NCBI GenBank assembly: GCA_046563655.1
Contig: JAJCTO010000010.1
Coordinates: 124,001 to 188,000, forward strand
Length of the DNA stretch: 64,000 nt
From: Yuukianura sp. NJ FZ-2021
Taxonomy: Eukaryota
Direction: 5' to 3'
Shown: piece after piece, positions 1 through 14,500 of the stretch
How positions within the stretch are numbered: the first letter of the stretch is position 1
How the letters are laid out: the number at the start of each line of letters is the position of its first letter
The notes under the pieces: generated by a model
Database searches by the model: none
What the model was told of the DNA's origin: nothing
What the model saw: only the letters and a program-made list of their open reading frames with translations
Program-made: the position numbers and the translations under genes

Positions 1-45
1 CGGCAAATTCACAAAAACGGCTGTATCTCGAGAAGTGTGGTTTTC

Positions 46-78
46 CGGTGAAATCTAATTTCGAATTCGGATTCACCG
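46..78. repeat. Imperfect inverted repeat present in every 160-bp monomer (first copy shown), containing overlapping BstBI and EcoRI sites
   Basis: cggtgaa (46-52) is the exact reverse complement of ttcaccg (72-78). Inner aatt (57-60) pairs with aatt (64-67) around tcg. ttcgaa is at 60-65 and gaattc at 63-68. Confidence 0.9.
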
Positions 79-115
79 ACTTGAAATTGATGTGAGTAGA
101 CTTTCAAAGGTGGAC

Positions 116-140
116 ATTTAGAAAGGTAGTTTTTCTAAAT
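116..140. repeat. Perfect 9-bp inverted repeat with a 7-nt spacer in the 160-bp monomer (first copy shown)
   Basis: atttagaaa (116-124) is the reverse complement of tttctaaat (132-140). The spacer is ggYagtt, and the common C/T polymorphism sits in it. Confidence 0.92.
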
Positions 141-1277
141 TTTTAGGGGTTAAAATTGCTCGGCAAATTCACAAAAACGGCTGTATCTCGAGAAGTGTGG
201 TTTTCCGGTGAAATCTAATTTCGAATTCGGATTCACCGACTTGAAATTGATGTGAGTAGACTTTCAAAGGTGGACATTTAGAAAGGCAGTTTTTCTAAAT
301 TTTTAGGGGTTAAAATTGCTCGGCACATTCACAAAAATGGCTGTATCTCGAGAAGTATTGATTTCCGGTGAAATCTAATTTCGAATTCGGATTCACCGAC
401 TTGAAATTGATGTGAGTAGACTTTCAAAGGTGGACATTTAGAAAGGCAGTTTTTCTAAATTTTTAGGGGTTAAAATTGCTCGGTAAATTCACAAAAATGG
501 CTGTATCTCAAGAAATATTGATTTCCGGTGAAATCTAATTTCGAATTCGGATTCACCGACTTGAAATTGATGTGAGTAGACTTTCAAAGGTGGACATTTA
601 GAAAGGCAGTTTTTCTAAATTTTTAGGGGGTAAAATTGCTCGGCAAATTCACAAAAATGGCTGTATCTCAAGAAATATTGATTTCCGGTGAAATCTAATT
701 TCGAATTCGGATTCACCGACTTGAAATTGATGTGAGTAGACTTTCAAAGGTGGACATTTAGAAAGGCAGTTTTTCTAAATTTTTAGGGGTTAAAATTGCT
801 CGGCACATTCACAAAAATGGCTGTATCTCGAGAAATATGGGTTTCCGGTGAAATCTAATTTCGAATTCGGATTCACCGACTTGAAATTGATGTGAGTAGA
901 CTTTCAAAGGTGGACATTTAGAAAGGCAGTTTTTCTAAATTTTTAGGGGTAAAATTGCTCGGCAAATTCACAAAAACGGCTGTATCTCGAGAAGTGTGGT
1001 TTTCCGGTGAAATCTAATTTCGAATTCGGATTCACCGACTTGAAATTGATGTGAGTAGACTTTCAAAGGTGGACATTTAGAAAGGCAGTTTTTCTAAATT
1101 TTTAGGGGTAAAATTGCTCGGCAAATTCACAAAAACGGCTGTATCTCGAGAAGTGTGGTTTTCCGGTGAAATCTAATTTCGAATTCGGATTCACCGACTT
1201 GAAATTGATGTGAGTAGACTTTCAAAGGTGGACATTTAGAAAGGCAGTTTTTCTAAATTTTTAGGGGTAAAATTGCT

Positions 1278-2553
1278 CGGCAAATTCACAAAAACGGCTG
1301 TATCTCGAGAAGTGTGGTTTTCCGGTGAAATCTAATTTCGAATTCGGATTCACCGACTTGAAATTGATGTGAGTAGACTTTCAAAGGTGGACATTTAGAA
1401 AGGCAGTTTTTCTAAATTTTTAGGGGTAAAATTGCTCGGTAAATTCACAAAAATGGCTGTATCTCAAGAAATATTGATTTCCGGTGAAATCTAATTTCGA
1501 ATTCGGATTCACCGACTTGAAATTGATGTGAGTGCACTTTCAAAGGTGGACATTTAGAAAGGCAGTTTTTCTAAATTTTTAGGGGTTAAAATTGCTCGGC
1601 AAATTCACAAAAACGGCTGTATCTCGAGAAGTGTGGTTTTCCGGTGAAATCTAATTTCGAATTCGGATTCACCGACTTGAAATTGATGTGAGTAGACTTT
1701 CAAAGGTGGACATTTAGAAAGGCAGTTTTTCTAAATTTTTAGGGGTAAAATTGCTCGGCAAATTCACAAAAACGGCTGTATCTCGAGAAGTGTGGTTTTC
1801 CGGTGAAATCTAATTTCGAATTCGGATTCACCGACTTGAAATTGATGTGAGTAGACTTTCAAAGGTGGACATTTAGAAAGGTAGTTTTTCTAAATTTTTA
1901 GGGGTTAAAATTGCTCGGCAAATTCACAAAAACGGCTGTATCTCGAGAAGTGTGGTTTTCCGGTGAAATCTAATTTCGAATTCGGATTCACCGACTTGAA
2001 ATTGATGTGAGTAGACTTTCAAAGGTGGACATTTAGAAAGGCAGTTTTTCTAAATTTTTAGGGGTAAAATTGCTCGGTAAATTCACAAAAATGGCTGTAT
2101 CTCAAGAAATATTGATTTCCGGTGAAATCTAATTTCGAATTCGGATTCACCGACTTGAAATTGATGTGAGTGCACTTTCAAAGGTGGACATTTAGAAAGG
2201 CAGTTTTTCTAAATTTTTAGGGGTTAAAATTGCTCGGCAAATTCACAAAAACGGCTGTATCTCGAGAAGTGTGGTTTTCCGGTGAAATCTAATTTCGAAT
2301 TCGGATTCACCGACTTGAAATTGATGTGAGTAGACTTTCAAAGGTGGACATTTAGAAAGGCAGTTTTTCTAAATTTTTAGGGGTAAAATTGCTCGGCAAA
2401 TTCACAAAAACGGCTGTATCTCGAGAAGTGTGGTTTTCCGGTGAAATCTAATTTCGAATTCGGATTCACCGACTTGAAATTGATGTGAGTAGACTTTCAA
2501 AGGTGGACATTTAGAAAGGTAGTTTTTCTAAATTTTTAGGGGTTAAAATTGCT
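1278..2553. repeat. Local higher-order duplication: a 4-monomer (638-bp) unit in two tandem copies
   Basis: Monomers at 1278 (type A, 159), 1437 (type B with gtgcac, 160), 1597 (A, 159) and 1756 (A with ggtag, 160) recur in the same order with the same lengths and variants at 1916, 2075, 2235 and 2394. Confidence 0.8.
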
Positions 2554-5500
2554 CGGCAAATTCACAAAAACGGCTGTATCTCGAGAAGTGTGGTTTTCCG
2601 GTGAAATCTAATTTCGAATTCGGATTCACCGACTTGAAATTGATGTGAGTAGACTTTCAAAGGTGGACATTTAGAAAGGTAGTTTTTCTAAATTTTTAGG
2701 GGTTAAAATTGCTCGGTAAATTCACAGAAATGGCTGTATCTCAAGAAATATTGATTTCCGGTGAAATCTAATTTCGAATTCGAATTCACCGACTTGAAAT
2801 TGATGTGAGTAGACTTTCAAAGGTGGACATTTAGAAAGGCAGTTTTTCTAAATTTTTAAGGGGTAAAATTGCTCGGTAAATTCACAAAAATGGCTGTATC
2901 TCAAGAAATATTGATTTCCGGTGAAATCTAATTTCGAATTCGGATTCACCGACTTGAAATTGATGTGAGTGCACTTTCAAAGGTGGACATTTAGAAAGGC
3001 AGTTTTTCTAAATTTTTAGGGGGTAAAATTGCTCGGTAAATTCACAAAAATGGCTGTATCTCAAGAAATATTGATTTCCGGTGAAATCTAATTTCGAATT
3101 CGGATTCACCGACTTGAAATTGATGTGAGTGCACTTTCAAAGGTGGACATTTAGAAAGGCAGTTTTTCTAAATTTTTAGGGGGTAAAATTGCTCGGCAAA
3201 TTCACAAAAACGGCTGTATCTCGAGAAGTGTGGTTTTCCGGTGAAATCTAATTTCGAATTCGGATTCACCGACTTGAAATTGATGTGAGTAGACTTTCAA
3301 AGGTGGACATTTAGAAAGGCAGTTTTTCTAAATTTTTAGGGGTAAAATTGCTCGGCAAATTCACAAAAACGGCTGTATCTCGAGAAGTGTGGTTTTCCGG
3401 TGAAATCTAATTTCGAATTCGGATTCACCGACTTGAAATTGATGTGAGTAGACTTTCAAAGGTGGACATTTAGAAAGGTAGTTTTTCTAAATTTTTAGGG
3501 GTTAAAATTGCTCGGTAAATTCACAAAAATGGCTGTATCTCAAGAAATATTGATTTCCGGTGAAATCTAATTTCGAATTCGGATTCACCGACTTGAAATT
3601 GATGTGAGTGCACTTTCAAAGGTGGACATTTAGAAAGGCAGTTTTTCTAAATTTTTAGGGGGTAAAATTGCTCGGCAAATTCACAAAAACGGCTGTATCT
3701 CGAGAAGTGTGGTTTTCCGGTGAAATCTAATTTCGAATTCGGATTCACCGACTTGAAATTGATGTGAGTAGACTTTCAAAGGTGGACATTTAGAAAGGCA
3801 GTTTTTCTAAATTTTTAGGGGGTAAAATTGCTCGGTAAATTCACAAAAATGGCTGTATCTCAAGAAATATTGATTTCCGGTGAAATCTAATTTCGAATTC
3901 GGATTCACCGACTTGAAATTGATGTGAGTAGACTTTCAAAGGTGGACATTTAGAAAGGCAGTTTTTCTAAATTTTTAGGGGTAAAATTGCTCGGCAAATT
4001 CACAAAAACGGCTGTATCTCGAGAAGTGTGGTTTTCCGGTGAAATCTAATTTCGAATTCGGATTCACCGACTTGAAATTGATGTGAGTAGACTTTCAAAG
4101 GTGGACATTTAGAAAGGCAGTTTTTCTAAATTTTTAGGGGTTAAAATTGCTCGGCAAATTCACAAAAATGGCTGTATCTCGAGAAGTATTGATTTCCGGT
4201 GAAATCTAATTTCGAATTCGGATTCACCGACTTGAAATTGATGTGAGTAGACTTTCAAAGGTGGACATTTAGAAAGGCAGTTTTTCTAAATTTTTAGGGG
4301 GTAAAATTGCTCGGTAAATTCACAAAAATGGCTGTATCTCAAGAAATATTGATTTCCGGTGAAATCTAATTTCGAATTCGGATTCACCGACTTGAAATTG
4401 ATGTGAGTGCACTTTCAAAGGTGGACATTTAGAAAGGCAGTTTTTCTAAATTTTTAGGGGGTAAAATTGCTCGGTAAATTCACAAAAATGGCTGTATCTC
4501 AAGAAATATTGATTTCCGGTGAAATCTAATTTCGAATTCGGATTCACCGACTTGAAATTGATGTGAGTGCACTTTCAAAGGTGGACATTTAGAAAGGCAG
4601 TTTTTCTAAATTTTTAGGGGGTAAAATTGCTCGGCAAATTCACAAAAACGGCTGTATCTCGAGAAGTGTGGTTTTCCGGTGAAATCTAATTTCGAATTCG
4701 GATTCACCGACTTGAAATTGATGTGAGTAGACTTTCAAAGGTGGACATTTAGAAAGGCAGTTTTTCTAAATTTTTAGGGTGTAAAATTGCTCGGCAAATT
4801 CACAAAAATGGCTGTATCTCGAGAAATATAGATTTCCGGTGAAATCTAATTTCGAATTCGGATTCACCGACTTGAAATTGATGTGAGTAGACTTTCAAAG
4901 GTGGACATTTAGAAAGGCAGTTTTTCTAAATTTTTGGGGGTAAAATTGCTCGGTAAATTCACAAAAATGGCTGTATCTCAAGAAATATTGATTTCCGGTG
5001 AAATCTAATTTCGAATTCGGATTCACCGACTTGAAATTGATGTGAGTAGACTTTCAAAGGTGGACATTTAGAAAGGCAGTTTTTCTAAATTTTTAATGGG
5101 TAAAATTGCTCGGTAAATTCACAAAAATGGCTGTATCTCAAGAAATATTGATTTCCGGTGAAATCTAATTTCGAATTCGGATTCACCGACTTGAAATTGA
5201 TGTGAGTAGACTTTCAAAGGTGGACATTTAGAAAGGCAGTTTTTCTAAATTTTTAGGGGTAAAATTGCTCGGCAAATTCACAAAAACGGCTGTATCTCGA
5301 GAAGTGTGGTTTTCCGGTGAAATCTAATTTCGAATTCGGATTCACCGACTTGAAATTGATGTGAGTAGACTTTCAAAGGTGGACATTTAGAAAGGCAGTT
5401 TTTCTAAATTTTTAATGGGTAAAATTGCTCGGCAAATTCACAAAAACGGCTGTATCTCGAGAAGTGTGGTTTTCCGGTGAAATCTAATTTCGAATTCGGA

Positions 5501-8500
5501 TTCACCGACTTGAAATTGATGTGAGTAGACTTTCAAAGGTGGACATTTAGAAAGGCAGTTTTTCTAAATTTTTAATGGGTAAAATTGCTCGGCAAATTCA
5601 CAAAAATGGCTGTATCTCGAGAAGTGTGGTTTTCCGGTGAAATCTAATTTCGAATTCGGATTCACCGACTTGAAATTGATGTGAGTAGACTTTCAAAGGT
5701 GGACATTTAGAAAGGCAGTTTTTCTAAATTTTTAATGGGTAAAATTGCTCGGTAAATTCACAAAAATGGCTGTATCTCAAGAAATATTGATTTCCGGTGA
5801 AATCTAATTTCGAATTCGGATTCACCGACTTGAAATTGATGTGAGTAGACTTTCAAAGGTGGACATTTAGAAAGGCAGTTTTTCTAAATTTTTAGGGGTA
5901 AAATTGCTCGGCAAATTCACAAAAACGGCTGTATCTCGAGAAGTGTGGTTTTCCGGTGAAATCTAATTTCGAATTCGGATTCACCGACTTGAAATTGATG
6001 TGAGTAGACTTTCAAAGGTGGACATTTAGAAAGGCAGTTTTTCTAAATTTTTAGGGGTAAAATTGCTCGGCAAATTCACAAAAACGGCTGTATCTCGAGA
6101 AGTGTGGTTTTCCGGTGAAATCTAATTTCGAATTCGGATTCACCGACTTGAAATTGATGTGAGTAGACTTTCAAAGGTGGACATTTAGAAAGGCAGTTTT
6201 TCTAAATTTTTAATGGGTAAAATTGCTCGGCAAATTCACAAAAATGGCTGTATCTCGAGAAGTGTGGTTTTCCGGTGAAATCTAATTTCGAATTCGGATT
6301 CACCGACTTGAAATTGATGTGAGTAGACTTTCAAAGGTGGACATTTAGAAAGGCAGTTTTTCTAAATTTTTAGGGGTAAAATTGCTCGGTAAATTCACAA
6401 AAATGGCTGTATCTCAAGAAATATTGATTTCCGGTGAAATCTAATTTCGAATTCGGATTCACCGACTTGAAATTGATGTGAGTGCACTTTCAAAGGTGGA
6501 CATTTAGAAAGGCAGTTTTTCTAAATTTTTAGGGGTTAAAATTGCTCGGCAAATTCACAAAAACGGCTGTATCTCGAGAAGTGTGGTTTTCCGGTGAAAT
6601 CTAATTTCGAATTCGGATTCACCGACTTGAAATTGATGTGAGTAGACTTTCAAAGGTGGACATTTAGAAAGGCAGTTTTTCTAAATTTTTAGGGGGTAAA
6701 ATTGCTCGGCAAATTCACAAAAACGGCTGTATCTCGAGAAGTGTGGTTTTCCGGTGAAATCTAATTTCGAATTCGGATTCACCGACTTGAAATTGATGTG
6801 AGTAGACTTTCAAAGGTGGACATTTAGAAAGGCAGTTTTTCTAAATTTTTAGGGGTAAAATTGCTCGGCAAATTCACAAAAACGGCTGTATCTCGAGAAG
6901 TGTGGTTTTCCGGTGAAATCTAATTTCGAATTCGGATTCACCGACTTGAAATTGATGTGAGTAGACTTTCAAAGGTGGACATTTAGAAAGGTAGTTTTTC
7001 TAAATTTTTAGGGGTTAAAATTGCTCGGTAAATTCACAGAAATGGCTGTATCTCAAGAAATATTGATTTCCGGTGAAATCTAATTTCGAATTCGGATTCA
7101 CCGACTTGAAATTGATGTGAGTAGACTTTCAAAGGTGGACATTTAGAAAGGCAGTTTTTCTAAATTTTTAATGGGTAAAATTGCTCGGTAAATTCACAAA
7201 AATGGCTGTATCTCAAGAAATATTGATTTCCGGTGAAATCTAATTTCGAATTCGGATTCACCGACTTGAAATTGATGTGAGTAGACTTTCAAAGGTGGAC
7301 ATTTAGAAAGGCAGTTTTTCTAAATTTTTAGGGGTAAAATTGCTCGGTAAATTCACAAAAATGGCTGTATCTCAAGAAATATTGATTTCCGGTGAAATCT
7401 AATTTCGAATTCGGATTCACCGACTTGAAATTGATGTGAGTGCACTTTCAAAGGTGGACATTTAGAAAGGCAGTTTTTCTAAATTTTTAGGGGTTAAAAT
7501 TGCTCGGCAAATTCACAAAAACGGCTGTATCTCGAGAAGTGTGGTTTTCCGGTGAAATCTAATTTCGAATTCGGATTCACCGACTTGAAATTGATGTGAG
7601 TAGACTTTCAAAGGTGGACATTTAGAAAGGTAGTTTTTCTAAATTTTTAGGGGTTAAAATTGCTCGGCAAATTCACAAAAACGGCTGTATCTCGAGAAGT
7701 GTGGTTTTCCGGTGAAATCTAATTTCGAATTCGGATTCACCGACTTGAAATTGATGTGAGTAGACTTTCAAAGGTGGACATTTAGAAAGGCAGTTTTTCT
7801 AAATTTTTAATGGGTAAAATTGCTCGGTAAATTCACAAAAATGGCTGTATCTCAAGAAATATTGATTTCCGGTGAAATCTAATTTCGAATTCGGATTCAC
7901 CGACTTGAAATTGATGTGAGTGCACTTTCAAAGGTGGACATTTAGAAAGGCAGTTTTTCTAAATTTTTAGGGGTTAAAATTGCTCGGCAAATTCACAAAA
8001 ACGGCTGTATCTCGAGAAGTGTGGTTTTCCGGTGAAATCTAATTTCGAATTCGGATTCACCGACTTGAAATTGATGTGAGTAGACTTTCAAAGGTGGACA
8101 TTTAGAAAGGCAGTTTTTCTAAATTTTTAATGGGTAAAATTGCTCGGTAAATTCACAAAAATGGCTGTATCTCAAGAAATATTGATTTCCGGTGAAATCT
8201 AATTTCGAATTCGGATTCACCGACTTGAAATTGATGTGAGTAGACTTTCAAAGGTGGACATTTAGAAAGGCAGTTTTTCTAAATTTTTAGGGGTAAAATT
8301 GCTCGGCAAATTCACAAAAACGGCTGTATCTCGAGAAGTGTGGTTTTCCGGTGAAATCTAATTTCGAATTCGGATTCACCGACTTGAAATTGATGTGAGT
8401 AGACTTTCAAAGGTGGACATTTAGAAAGGCAGTTTTTCTAAATTTTTAATGGGTAAAATTGCTCGGTAAATTCACAAAAATGGCTGTATCTCAAGAAATA

Positions 8501-11500
8501 TTGATTTCCGGTGAAATCTAATTTCGAATTCGGATTCACCGACTTGAAATTGATGTGAGTAGACTTTCAAAGGTGGACATTTAGAAAGGCAGTTTTTCTA
8601 AATTTTTAGGGGGTAAAATTGCTCGGTAAATTCACAAAAATGGCTGTATCTCGAGAAGTATGGATTTCCGGTGAAATCTAATTTCGAATTCGGATTCACC
8701 GACTTGAAATTGATGTGAGTGCACTTTCAAAGGTGGACATTTAGAAAGGCAGTTTTTCTAAATTTTTAATGGGTAAAATTGCTCGGCAAATTCACAAAAA
8801 TGGCTGTATCTCAAGAAATATTGATTTCCGGTGAAATCTAATTTCGAATTCGGATTCACCGACTTGAAATTGATGTGAGTGCACTTTCAAAGGTGGACAT
8901 TTAGAAAGGCAGTTTTTCTAAATTTTTAGGGGGTAAAATTGCTCGGCAAATTCACAAAAACGGCTGTATCTCGAGAAGTGTGGTTTTCCGGTGAAATCTA
9001 ATTTCGAATTCGGATTCACCGACTTGAAATTGATGTGAGTAGACTTTCAAAGGTGGACATTTAGAAAGGTAGTTTTTCTAAATTTTTAGGGGTTAAAATT
9101 GCTCGGTAAATTCACAGAAATGGCTGTATCTCAAGAAATATTGATTTCCGGTGAAATCTAATTTCGAATTCGAATTCACCGACTTGAAATTGATGTGAGT
9201 AGACTTTCAAAGGTGGACATTTAGAAAGGCAGTTTTTCTAAATTTTTAAGGGGTAAAATTGCTCGGCAAATTCACAAAAACGGCTGTATCTCGAGAAGTG
9301 TGGTTTTCCGGTGAAATCTAATTTCGAATTCGGATTCACCGACTTGAAATTGATGTGAGTAGACTTTCAAAGGTGGACATTTAGAAAGGCAGTTTTTCTA
9401 AATTTTTAGGGGGTAAAATTGCTCGGCAAATTCACAAAAACGGCTGTATCTCGAGAAGTGTGGTTTTCCGGTGAAATCTAATTTCGAATTCGGATTCACC
9501 GACTTGAAATTGATGTGAGTAGACTTTCAAAGGTGGACATTTAGAAAGGCAGTTTTTCTAAATTTTTAATGGGTAAAATTGCTCGGCAAATTCACAAAAA
9601 TGGCTGTATCTCGAGAAGTGTGGTTTTCCGGTGAAATCTAATTTCGAATTCGGATTCACCGACTTGAAATTGATGTGAGTAGACTTTCAAAGGTGGACAT
9701 TTAGAAAGGCAGTTTTTCTAAATTTTTAGGGGGTAAAATTGCTCGGCACATTCACAAAAATGGCTGTATCTCGAGAAGTATGGATTTCCGGTGAAATCTA
9801 ATTTCGAATTCGGATTCACCGACTTGAAATTGATGTGAATAGACTTTCAAAGGTAGACATCTAGAAAGGTAGTTTTTCTAAATTTTTAGGGGTTAAAATT
9901 GCTCGGTAAATTCACAGAAATGGCTGTATCTCAAGAAATATTGATTTCCGGTGAAATCTAATTTCGAATTCGAATTCACCGACTTGAAATTGATGTGAGT
10001 GCACTTTCAAAGGTGGACATTTAGAAAGGTAGTTTTTCTAAATTTTTAGGGGTAAAATTGCTCGGTAAATTCACAAAAATGGCTGTATCTCAAGAAATAT
10101 TGATTTCCGGTGAAATCTAATTTCGAATTCGGATTCACCGACTTGAAATTGATGTGAGTGCACTTTCAAAGGTGGACATTTAGAAAGGCAGTTTTTCTAA
10201 ATTTTTAGGGGTTAAAATTGCTCGGCAAATTCACAAAAACGGCTGTATCTCGAGAAGTGTGGTTTTCCGGTGAAATCTAATTTCGAATTCGGATTCACCG
10301 ACTTGAAATTGATGTGAGTAGACTTTCAAAGGTGGACATTTAGAAAGGCAGTTTTTCTAAATTTTTAATGGGTAAAATTGCTCGGTAAATTCACAAAAAT
10401 GGCTGTATCTCAAGAAATATTGATTTCCGGTGAAATCTAATTTCGAATTCGGATTCACCGACTTGAAATTGATGTGAGTAGACTTTCAAAGGTGGACATT
10501 TAGAAAGGCAGTTTTTCTAAATTTTTAGGGGTAAAATTGCTCGGCAAATTCACAAAAACGGCTGTATCTCGAGAAGTGTGGTTTTCCGGTGAAATCTAAT
10601 TTCGAATTCGGATTCACCGACTTGAAATTGATGTGAGTAGACTTTCAAAGGTGGACATTTAGAAAGGCAGTTTTTCTAAATTTTTAATGGGTAAAATTGC
10701 TCGGCAAATTCACAAAAACGGCTGTATCTCGAGAAGTGTGGTTTTCCGGTGAAATCTAATTTCGAATTCGGATTCACCGACTTGAAATTGATGTGAGTAG
10801 ACTTTCAAAGGTGGACATTTAGAAAGGCAGTTTTTCTAAATTTTTAGGGGGTAAAATTGCTCGGCAAATTCACAAAAACGGCTGTATCTCGAGAAGTGTG
10901 GTTTTCCGGTGAAATCTAATTTCGAATTCGGATTCACCGACTTGAAATTGATGTGAGTAGACTTTCAAAGGTGGACATTTAGAAAGGCAGTTTTTCTAAA
11001 TTTTTAATGGGTAAAATTGCTCGGCAAATTCACAAAAATGGCTGTATCTCGAGAAGTGTGGTTTTCCGGTGAAATCTAATTTCGAATTCGGATTCACCGA
11101 CTTGAAATTGATGTGAGTAGACTTTCAAAGGTGGACATTTAGAAAGGCAGTTTTTCTAAATTTTTAATGGGTAAAATTGCTCGGTAAATTCACAAAAATG
11201 GCTGTATCTCAAGAAATATTGATTTCCGGTGAAATCTAATTTCGAATTCGGATTCACCGACTTGAAATTGATGTGAGTAGACTTTCAAAGGTGGACATTT
11301 AGAAAGGCAGTTTTTCTAAATTTTTAATGGGTAAAATTGCTCGGTAAATTCACAAAAATGGCTGTATCTCAAGAAATATTGATTTCCGGTGAAATCTAAT
11401 TTCGAATTCGGATTCACCGACTTGAAATTGATGTGAGTAGACTTTCAAAGGTGGACATTTAGAAAGGCAGTTTTTCTAAATTTTTAGGGGTAAAATTGCT

Positions 11501-14500
11501 CGGCAAATTCACAAAAACGGCTGTATCTCGAGAAGTGTGGTTTTCCGGTGAAATCTAATTTCGAATTCGGATTCACCGACTTGAAATTGATGTGAGTAGA
11601 CTTTCAAAGGTGGACATTTAGAAAGGCAGTTTTTCTAAATTTTTAGGGTGTAAAATTGCTCGGCAAATTCACAAAAATGGCTGTATCTCAAGAAATATTG
11701 ATTTCCGGTGAAATCTAATTTCGAATTCGGATTCACCGACTTGAAATTGATGTGAGTGCACTTTCAAAGGTGGACATTTAGAAAGGCAGTTTTTCTAAAT
11801 TTTTAGGGGTTAAAATTGCTCGGCACATTCACAAAAATGGCTGTATCTCAAGAAATATTGATTTCCGGTGAAATCTAATTTCGAATTCGGATTCACCGAC
11901 TTGAAATTGATGTGAGTAGACTTTCAAAGGTGGACATTTAGAAAGGCAGTTTTTCTAAATTTTTAGGGGTAAAATTGCTCGGCAAATTCACAAAAACGGC
12001 TGTATCTCGAGAAGTGTGGTTTTCCGGTGAAATCTAATTTCGAATTCGGATTCACCGACTTGAAATTGATGTGAGTAGACTTTCAAAGGTGGACATTTAG
12101 AAAGGCAGTTTTTCTAAATTTTTAGGGGGTAAAATTGCTCGGTAAATTCACAAAAATGGCTGTATCTCAAGAAATATTGATTTCCGGTGAAATCTAATTT
12201 CGAATTCGGATTCACCGACTTGAAATTGATGTGAGTGCACTTTCAAAGGTGGACATTTAGAAAGGCAGTTTTTCTAAATTTTTAGGGGTTAAAATTGCTC
12301 GGCAAATTCACAAAAACGGCTGTATCTCGAGAAGTGTGGTTTTCCGGTGAAATCTAATTTCGAATTCGGATTCACCGACTTGAAATTGATGTGAGTAGAC
12401 TTTCAAAGGTGGACATTTAGAAAGGCAGTTTTTCTAAATTTTTAGGGGTAAAATTGCTCGGCAAATTCACAAAAACGGCTGTATCTCGAGAAGTGTGGTT
12501 TTCCGGTGAAATCTAATTTCGAATTCGGATTCACCGACTTGAAATTGATGTGAGTAGACTTTCAAAGGTGGACATTTAGAAAGGCAGTTTTTCTAAATTT
12601 TTAGGGGTTAAAATTGCTCGGCAAATTCACAAAAACGGCTGTATCTCGAGAAGTGTGGTTTTCCGGTGAAATCTAATTTCGAATTCGGATTCACCGACTT
12701 GAAATTGATGTGAGTAGACTTTCAAAGGTGGACATTTAGAAAGGTAGTTTTTCTAAATTTTTAGGGGTTAAAATTGCTCGGCACATTCACAAAAATGGCT
12801 GTATCTCGAGAAGTATGGATTTCCGGTGAAATCTAATTTCGAATTCGGATTCACCGACTTGAAATTGATGTGAGTAGACTTTCAAAGGTGGACATTTAGA
12901 AAGGCAGTTTTTCTAAATTTTTAGCGGGTAAAATTGCTCGGTAAATTCACAAAAATGGCTGTATCTCAAGAAATATTGATTTCCGGTGAAATCTAATTTC
13001 GAATTCGGATTCACCGACTTGAAATTGATGTGAGTGCACTTTCAAAGGTGGACATTTAGAAAGGCAGTTTTTCTAAATTTTTAGGGGGTAAAATTGCTCG
13101 GTAAATTCACAAAAATGGCTGTATCTCAAGAAATATTGATTTCCGGTGAAATCTAATTTCGAATTCGGATTCACCGACTTGAAATTGATGTGAGTGCACT
13201 TTCAAAGGTGGACATTTAGAAAGGCAGTTTTTCTAAATTTTTAGGGGTTAAAATTGCTCGGCAAATTCACAAAAACGGCTGTATCTCGAGAAGTGTGGTT
13301 TTCCGGTGAAATCTAATTTCGAATTCGGATTCACCGACTTGAAATTGATGTGAGTAGACTTTCAAAGGTGGACATTTAGAAAGGCAGTTTTTCTAAATTT
13401 TTAGGGGGTAAAATTGCTCGGCACATTCACAAAAATGGCTGTATCTCGAGAAGTATTGATTTCCGGTGAAATCTAATTTCGAATTCGGATTCACCGACTT
13501 GAAATTGATGTGAGTAGACTTTCAAAGGTGGACATTTAGAAAGGCAGTTTTTCTAAATTTTTAATGGGTAAAATTGCTCGGTAAATTCACAAAAATGGCT
13601 GTATCTCAAGAAATATTGATTTCCGGTGAAATCTAATTTCGAATTCGGATTCACCGACTTGAAATTGATGTGAGTAGACTTTCAAAGGTGGACATTTAGA
13701 AAGGCAGTTTTTCTAAATTTTTAGGGGTTAAAATTGCTCGGCACATTCACAAAAATGGCTGTATCTCAAGAAATATTGATTTCCGGTGAAATCTAATTTC
13801 GAATTCGGATTCACCGACTTGAAATTGATGTGAGTAGACTTTCAAAGGTGGACATTTAGAAAGGCAGTTTTTCTAAATTTTTAGGGGTAAAATTGCTCGG
13901 CAAATTCACAAAAACGGCTGTATCTCGAGAAGTGTGGTTTTCCGGTGAAATCTAATTTCGAATTCGGATTCACCGACTTGAAATTGATGTGAGTAGACTT
14001 TCAAAGGTGGACATTTAGAAAGGCAGTTTTTCTAAATTTTTAGGGTGTAAAATTGCTCGGCAAATTCACAAAAATGGCTGTATCTCGAGAAGTATTGATT
14101 TCCGGTGAAATCTAATTTCGAATTCGGATTCACCGACTTGAAATTGATGTGAGTAGACTTTCAAAGGTGGACATTTAGAAAGGCAGTTTTTCTAAATTTT
14201 TAGGGGTTAAAATTGCTCGGCACATTCACACAAATGGCTGTATCTCGAGAAGTATTGATTTCCGGTGAAATCTAATTTCGAATTCGGATTCACCGACTTG
14301 AAATTGATGTGAGTAGACTTTCAAAGGTGGACATTTAGAAAGGCAGTTTTTCTAAATTTTTAGGGGTTAAAATTGCTCGGCAAATTCACAAAAACGGCTG
14401 TATCTCGAGAAGTGTGGTTTTCCGGTGAAATCTAATTTCGAATTCGGATTCACCGACTTGAAATTGATGTGAGTAGACTTTCAAAGGTGGACATTTAGAA

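Noticed and set aside
46..78. CENP-B box or Pol III B-box around ttcgaa
   Set aside because: Neither monomer matches TTCGnnnnAnnCGGG or GTTCGAnnC at the essential positions on either strand, and I saw no tRNA or 5S-like structure.
141..150. Telomere-like ttttagggg motif or G-quadruplex
   Set aside because: It occurs once per monomer, is the most variable site, and G-runs are too sparse to form a quadruplex.
1..160. 10-bp phased A/T tracts giving intrinsic curvature
   Set aside because: Many A/T tracts are present, but I could not establish a regular 10-11-bp phase by eye. A curvature computation would be needed.
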